Below, piece after piece: positions 59,535-64,000 of a stretch of 64,000 nt of DNA (the stretch's first letter is position 1; every line of letters starts with the position of its first letter). Below the pieces are notes generated by a model that was given only the letters and a program-made list of their open reading frames with translations, did not search any database and had not been told where the DNA came from. Source of the DNA: Candidatus Eiseniibacteriota bacterium (GTDB lineage Bacteria > Eisenbacteria > RBG-16-71-46); NCBI GenBank assembly GCA_038231135.1, contig JBBRLX010000014.1, positions 1 to 64,000 on the forward strand. Reading direction: 5' to 3'. The translations under genes were made by a program, and so were the position numbers.

Positions 59535-61220
59535 TTGGAGTTCCTCGTGCACCTCGATGGTTTCCGCCGGATTCTGCTGCTGGCGATCCTCGCCGCGTCG
59601 TGCGTGGCGGCGCCGGTTCGAGCCGCGAGCATCGCGTGGACGAATCCGGCCGGCGGATTGTGGAGCGAACCGACGAACTGGTCGTCCGCCACGGTTCCGG
59701 GGCCGGATGACGATGTGCTCATCACGCTCGACGGCCAGTACGCGGTGACAGTGGACCCGGGTGCCGTCAGCATCCGGTCCTTGACGCTCGGCGGCACCAT
59801 CGACACGCAGCAGTTGCTCGCCACCGGCAAGATGCTGTCGCTCGCAACCGGCGCCGGAATCGGCGCCCACGGCTCGGTGGAGTTCCATGACTGCACCGTT
59901 ACGAGCGCCACGGCGATCGTGAACCACGGTGAGCTGCTGTTCGATGCGACGTCGCTGGCGGGGGATCTGGTGAACTACGGGGTCGCCACCCGTAACCCGT
60001 CGGCAATCCTGAACGGGACGGTGGATAACTACGGCAAGCTCGTCATGGAGGGCGTCACGACGGCATCTCCGGCGCTGGTGCAGCATCCGGGCAGCACGCT
60101 GCGGATCGAGGGCACGCCCACGACTCCCGCCGAGTTCGATTTCACGGGCACCTACACGAATGTCGGCACGCTCGACCTCGCGTGCGCGCTGGGATTCGGC
60201 AACGTCACGGTGAAGGCCACTTCGCCGGACGGCGTCCTCGTCAACGCACCGGGCGCCGTGATGCATTCCTATGCCGCGGGCGCCCGCGTCGTCGATGCCG
60301 ATCTCGAGAACGACGGGATGCTCGAGGTGCTGCAACTGCTCACACTGCCGCGGGCGGGTGCGCGGCACGTGAACCGCGGCGCCCTCGAGCTGTCCGAGGC
60401 CGGCGTCACGGTGTCCGGCGCCGGAGTGGTGTTCACGAATCAGGGCACGCTCACGATCGGCGCCGGTCACACGTTCAGCCAGGGAGTCGGAACGTTCGCC
60501 AACGATTCCTGCGGCGTGATCCGCGGCGCCGGCACCTGCAACGTCGCGGCGGCCACGACGCTCGAGCGTGGCCGCATCGTCCCGGGGGATCCCGCGGGCC
60601 AGCTCACGTTCCCCGGCAACGTCACCGTGGATCCGGGTGGTGCGGTCGACATCGTGATCGGCGGGCCCACGGCGGCCGACTGGGGCGTGCTGCGCCTGAC
60701 GGGGTTCATGATCCCGAACGGCACCCTGGCGGTGTCGCTCGCCAACGGGTTCGTGCCGGCGCCCGGCGACCGGTTCGACGTCATCGGCTGGGGCGATCAC
60801 TCGGGAGTGTTCTCGCGCATCGACGGGCTGGACCTGGGGGGCAATCTCGCGCTGCGTCCGGAGTACGCCACATCGGGGCTGACGCTGGTGTGCTTCGCGG
60901 GCCACGTGGCCGGTGTCGAGCCGGATCCCGCCCGCGCGCCCGCGCTCGAATTCAGCCGTGCGCCCGCGCCCAATCCCACCGCCGGCGGAACCAGCTTCGT
61001 AGTGCGGGTGCCACGGGCGGCGGCGCTCACGGTGACGGTCACGGATGCCGCCGGGCGTGAGCTGGCCACGGTGTGGCGCGGGCGGCTCGCGGCGGGCGAG
61101 CACGCGTTCCACTGGGATGGCGCGACCGCCGCGGGGACGCGGGCGCCGGCCGGAGTCTATTTCGTCGCCGTGCGCGGCGCGGGGGCCGGGCTCGTGGGCC
61201 GGCTGGCGATCGTGCGGTGA
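59535..61220 (+). CDS. Secreted beta-strand-rich protein (autotransporter passenger-like) with FlgD-Ig/T9SS-type C-terminus (start may be GTG 59547)
   Basis: Signal peptide; W....GG.WS...NWS...VPG..DDV; N.G.L repeats; PG..AGQLT..GN; PNP...WDG...AGVYFV. Confidence 0.8.
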   Translation: MEFLVHLDGFRRILLLAILAASCVAAPVRAASIAWTNPAGGLWSEPTNWSSATVPGPDDDVLITLDGQYAVTVDPGAVSIRSLTLGGTIDTQQLLATGKMLSLATGAGIGAHGSVEFHDCTVTSATAIVNHGELLFDATSLAGDLVNYGVATRNPSAILNGTVDNYGKLVMEGVTTASPALVQHPGSTLRIEGTPTTPAEFDFTGTYTNVGTLDLACALGFGNVTVKATSPDGVLVNAPGAVMHSYAAGARVVDADLENDGMLEVLQLLTLPRAGARHVNRGALELSEAGVTVSGAGVVFTNQGTLTIGAGHTFSQGVGTFANDSCGVIRGAGTCNVAAATTLERGRIVPGDPAGQLTFPGNVTVDPGGAVDIVIGGPTAADWGVLRLTGFMIPNGTLAVSLANGFVPAPGDRFDVIGWGDHSGVFSRIDGLDLGGNLALRPEYATSGLTLVCFAGHVAGVEPDPARAPALEFSRAPAPNPTAGGTSFVVRVPRAAALTVTVTDAAGRELATVWRGRLAAGEHAFHWDGATAAGTRAPAGVYFVAVRGAGAGLVGRLAIVR

Positions 61221-61250
61221 CCCCGACCTGCGTGAGATGATCCGGCCCAC

Positions 61251-62444
61251 GTGACCGGATCTCCGTTGCCATCAGCGCAGTCCGACCGGACACGCGACGT
61301 CCTCGACCTGCTGGCCACGGCGCTGCTCGCGCTCTACGTGGCGACGTTCGCGGTGAGGAACGTCGCGCTGCAATGGGACTTTCGCGCCTACCTCGCGGCC
61401 GCCCGGGCCGCGGCCGCCGGACTCGATCCCTACGTCCACGGGAATCTCGTCGCCGCGTCGGGCCGCCTGTCGCCACTGCCGTTCCTCTACCCGCCGGTCG
61501 CGCTGCTGCCGTTCCTGGTACTCGCGGCGTTGCCCGTGGGCGCCGCCGCGGCCTGCTGGATCGGGCTCAAGGTGGTGCTGCTCGTCGCGCTCGTGGCGCT
61601 GTGGTGGCGGGTGTTCCTGCCGGGCACGGCGGTGTTGCCGCTGGCGCTGGCCGCGGTGCTCGGCTGGAATGCCGCGGCGCTGTACGACCTGCGCACCGGC
61701 AACGTGGCGCTACTGGAGTGTGCCCTGGTGTGGGCGGGCTTCGCGTGCTTCGTCGCCGGGCGGCGCGGATGGTTCGCAACGTTCGTGGTGATCGCGGCGT
61801 GCTTCAAACTCGTGCCGGCGGCGTGGCTGCTGCTGCTGCTCGTGCCCGCGGGCCGGCTGCGCCCCGAGCCGCGCGTGTTCGCGCTCGCGGTGCTCGCGCT
61901 GGTCGTGCTGGTGTGCGGCCCGCTGGTCCTGGGGCCGGCCGCTCACTGGAACGGCTTCCTGCGCGGGATTCCGCCGGCCGACGATCTCGGCGACTCGAAC
62001 CCCAGCGCGCTCGGCCTGGCAGGCGTGATCACCCGCACGGCCCATCTGCCGGCGCCGGCCGCGCACGTCGTGTGGATCGGGTTCGTGATCGCGCTCGCGC
62101 TGGCGAGCCTGCGGTTCCTGCGCGACGCCTGGCGCCGGGCGGATCCGGCCCGGTGGGTGATGGCTTCGGTGTTCCTGGTCGTGCTCATGGAGCCGCGCCC
62201 GATGGCCTATGGCTACGCCTGCCTGGCGCCGGCGCCATTGTGGTTTGCGCCGCGCCCGTTCGGCAGCCGGATCGGGCGGTTGGGCCTCGCGTTGCTGCTG
62301 TCCGTACAGGGCATCGCCCGCGCGTTCGACCAGCAGCCGGCGGGTACCGTGGTCGCCTACGCGCCGTTCCTGCTCACGCTTGGCGTCTGGCTGCTGGTGA
62401 TCACGCAGGACCGATCGCCCCTTGGGCCGCGGGCTGTGAGATGA
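61251..62444 (+). CDS. GT87 (DUF2029) family membrane glycosyltransferase
   Basis: DFRAY..AA, DPY, FLYPP, GNV, FK..P; many TM helices. Confidence 0.8.
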   Translation: MTGSPLPSAQSDRTRDVLDLLATALLALYVATFAVRNVALQWDFRAYLAAARAAAAGLDPYVHGNLVAASGRLSPLPFLYPPVALLPFLVLAALPVGAAAACWIGLKVVLLVALVALWWRVFLPGTAVLPLALAAVLGWNAAALYDLRTGNVALLECALVWAGFACFVAGRRGWFATFVVIAACFKLVPAAWLLLLLVPAGRLRPEPRVFALAVLALVVLVCGPLVLGPAAHWNGFLRGIPPADDLGDSNPSALGLAGVITRTAHLPAPAAHVVWIGFVIALALASLRFLRDAWRRADPARWVMASVFLVVLMEPRPMAYGYACLAPAPLWFAPRPFGSRIGRLGLALLLSVQGIARAFDQQPAGTVVAYAPFLLTLGVWLLVITQDRSPLGPRAVR

Positions 62445-64000
62445 TTTCCCGGATGCGATCCAGATCCTTCCCAATTTCGCCGCCCGGCTCCCGGCAGGCA
62501 CCACACGCTCCCGTGCGGCCGGGGTGGTGGTTCGCGACGGCCGCGGGTCTCGCGCTGGCCGCCTGCCTCGCGGCCACGGCGCTTCACGCGGCCCCCGCGC
62601 CGCGCCGGCTGCCCGCCGATGCCCCCGTCCTCGCGCCCGACGCGCTGGATGCCGCGCCCTATCTGTCGTACTACAAGTCGCTGGCGTACGCGTGGTCAAA
62701 CGCGCGCGCGCTGGCCCCCACTGCGAACCAGCAGCAGTACGACATCCGGACCTACGACCTCGACCTGCACCCGGACCCCGTGACGCAGGTGCTGACGGGC
62801 ACGGTGCGCGTGCGCGCCACCGTGGTCACCGGTCCCCTCGCGACGTTCGAACTCGATCTCACGAGCGCCACGATGACCGTGGACGCCGTGACCGGTCCCG
62901 GCGGGGCGCTCGCGTATACGCACGCGTCCGATGTGCTTGCGATCGGTCTCGATCATGCGTTCGCCGCCGGCGAGCTGGTGGACGTGACGATCCAGTACCA
63001 CGGCTCGCCGAACGCCAGCGGCTTCGGCGCGTTCACGTTCGAGTCCCACGCCGGGCTGCCGCTGGTGTGGAGCCTGAGCGAGCCGTTCGGCGCCCACGAA
63101 TGGTGGCCGTGCAAGGACCAACCGGACGACAAGGCCGACTCGGTGGACGTGCGGGTCACGGTGCCGTCCGGCATGATCACGTCGAGCAACGGCACGCGGG
63201 TCGAGAGCGTCGACAACGGCACCACGGCGTTCACGCACTGGCACGAGAGCTACCCGATCGCGTCCTACCTGGTGTCGATCGCAAGCTACGCCTATGCGCG
63301 CCAGACGCTGTGGTACCACCCGGCGGTGGGCGACTCGATGCCGATCGAGTTGTTCCAGTTTCCGGACCAGGTATCGGGCGCGCGGGATGTCATCAACGCG
63401 AAGATCCCGGCGATGATCGCGGCCTATGTCTCGCGGTTCGGCGAGTATCCGTTCACGCGCGAGAAGTACGGCGAGGCCGACTTCACGTTCGGCGGGGGCA
63501 TGGAGCACCAGACATGCACCAGCCTCGGAACGTTCTTGAACGAAACCGTGGTCGCGCACGAGCTGGGTCATCAGTGGTTCGGCGACGGCGTCACCTGCCG
63601 CGACTTCCATCACATCTGGCTGAACGAAGGCTTCGCCACCTACTGCGAGGCGCTGTGGAAGGAGTCCACCGGCGGGTTCACCGCCTACAAGAGCGTGCTG
63701 ACCCCGAAGAAGTATTTCGGCGCGGGCACCGTGTGGGTGCCCGACCTCAGCAACGAGAACCGGATCTTCAGCTCCGCGCTGTCGTACAACAAGGCGGGCT
63801 GGGTGCTGCACATGCTGCGGCACGTGCTCGGCGACTCGGTGTTCTTCGCCGGCCTGAGTGCCTACCGCGCGCAATGGCCCTACATGAGCGCCGTGACCGA
63901 GGACTTCCAGCATGCGATGGAGGGCGTGTCCGGCCGGGATCTGACGCGATTCTTCCAGGAGTGGATCTACGGCGAGTACTACCCGAGCTACCGGGTCACG
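62441..64000 (+). CDS. Secreted M1 metallopeptidase, 3' end outside the window
   Basis: Open frame not in the ORF track (no stop in window); ATGA overlap with GT87; WWPCKD, GGMEHQT, HELGHQWFG, WLNEGFATY, YNKAGWVLHMLR. Confidence 0.9.
   Translation, partial: MISRMRSRSFPISPPGSRQAPHAPVRPGWWFATAAGLALAACLAATALHAAPAPRRLPADAPVLAPDALDAAPYLSYYKSLAYAWSNARALAPTANQQQYDIRTYDLDLHPDPVTQVLTGTVRVRATVVTGPLATFELDLTSATMTVDAVTGPGGALAYTHASDVLAIGLDHAFAAGELVDVTIQYHGSPNASGFGAFTFESHAGLPLVWSLSEPFGAHEWWPCKDQPDDKADSVDVRVTVPSGMITSSNGTRVESVDNGTTAFTHWHESYPIASYLVSIASYAYARQTLWYHPAVGDSMPIELFQFPDQVSGARDVINAKIPAMIAAYVSRFGEYPFTREKYGEADFTFGGGMEHQTCTSLGTFLNETVVAHELGHQWFGDGVTCRDFHHIWLNEGFATYCEALWKESTGGFTAYKSVLTPKKYFGAGTVWVPDLSNENRIFSSALSYNKAGWVLHMLRHVLGDSVFFAGLSAYRAQWPYMSAVTEDFQHAMEGVSGRDLTRFFQEWIYGEYYPSYRVT

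Noticed and set aside
1..64000. CRISPR arrays, IS elements, prophage, rRNA or intact tRNA
   Set aside because: No spaced nucleotide repeats, transposase, integrase or phage genes, or complete cloverleaf found by eye; the only tandem repeats seen are protein-domain repeats.

Overview
High-GC bacterial chromosomal window with about 45 intact genes. No rRNA, intact tRNA, CRISPR array, transposase or integrase was recognised. Four secreted proteins share a C-terminal FlgD-Ig/T9SS-type sorting domain, which suggests an FCB-related lineage such as Ca. Eisenbacteria (inference only). Main content: two paralogous giant beta-helix/PKD/Ig-repeat proteins, a Calx-beta protein and a further beta-rich secreted protein; a CDP-sugar cluster (rfbF-lhgO-epimerase-rfbC); an AAA+/VWA operon; an ECF sigma/anti-sigma pair; a TetR-TolC-EmrA unit with no permease; many peptidases (M13, two M1, PepT, M50); type-2 ileS; a multi-TM Ser/Thr kinase; a priming glycosyltransferase, a GT2 and a GT87; a translationally coupled SPFH/Zn-finger membrane protein/M50/GT2 operon; a wHTH plus nucleotidyltransferase TA-like pair; an AhpD plus mycofactocin-type SDR pair; and acs. 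Several short relics sit in intergenic space (GT-C-like, tRNA-Ser 5' half, truncated LytTR, HEAT-like C-terminus, prolyl oligopeptidase C-terminus). All calls come from reading motifs by eye; no database search was run, and start codons were adjusted from the ORF track where an RBS or family N-terminus supported it.
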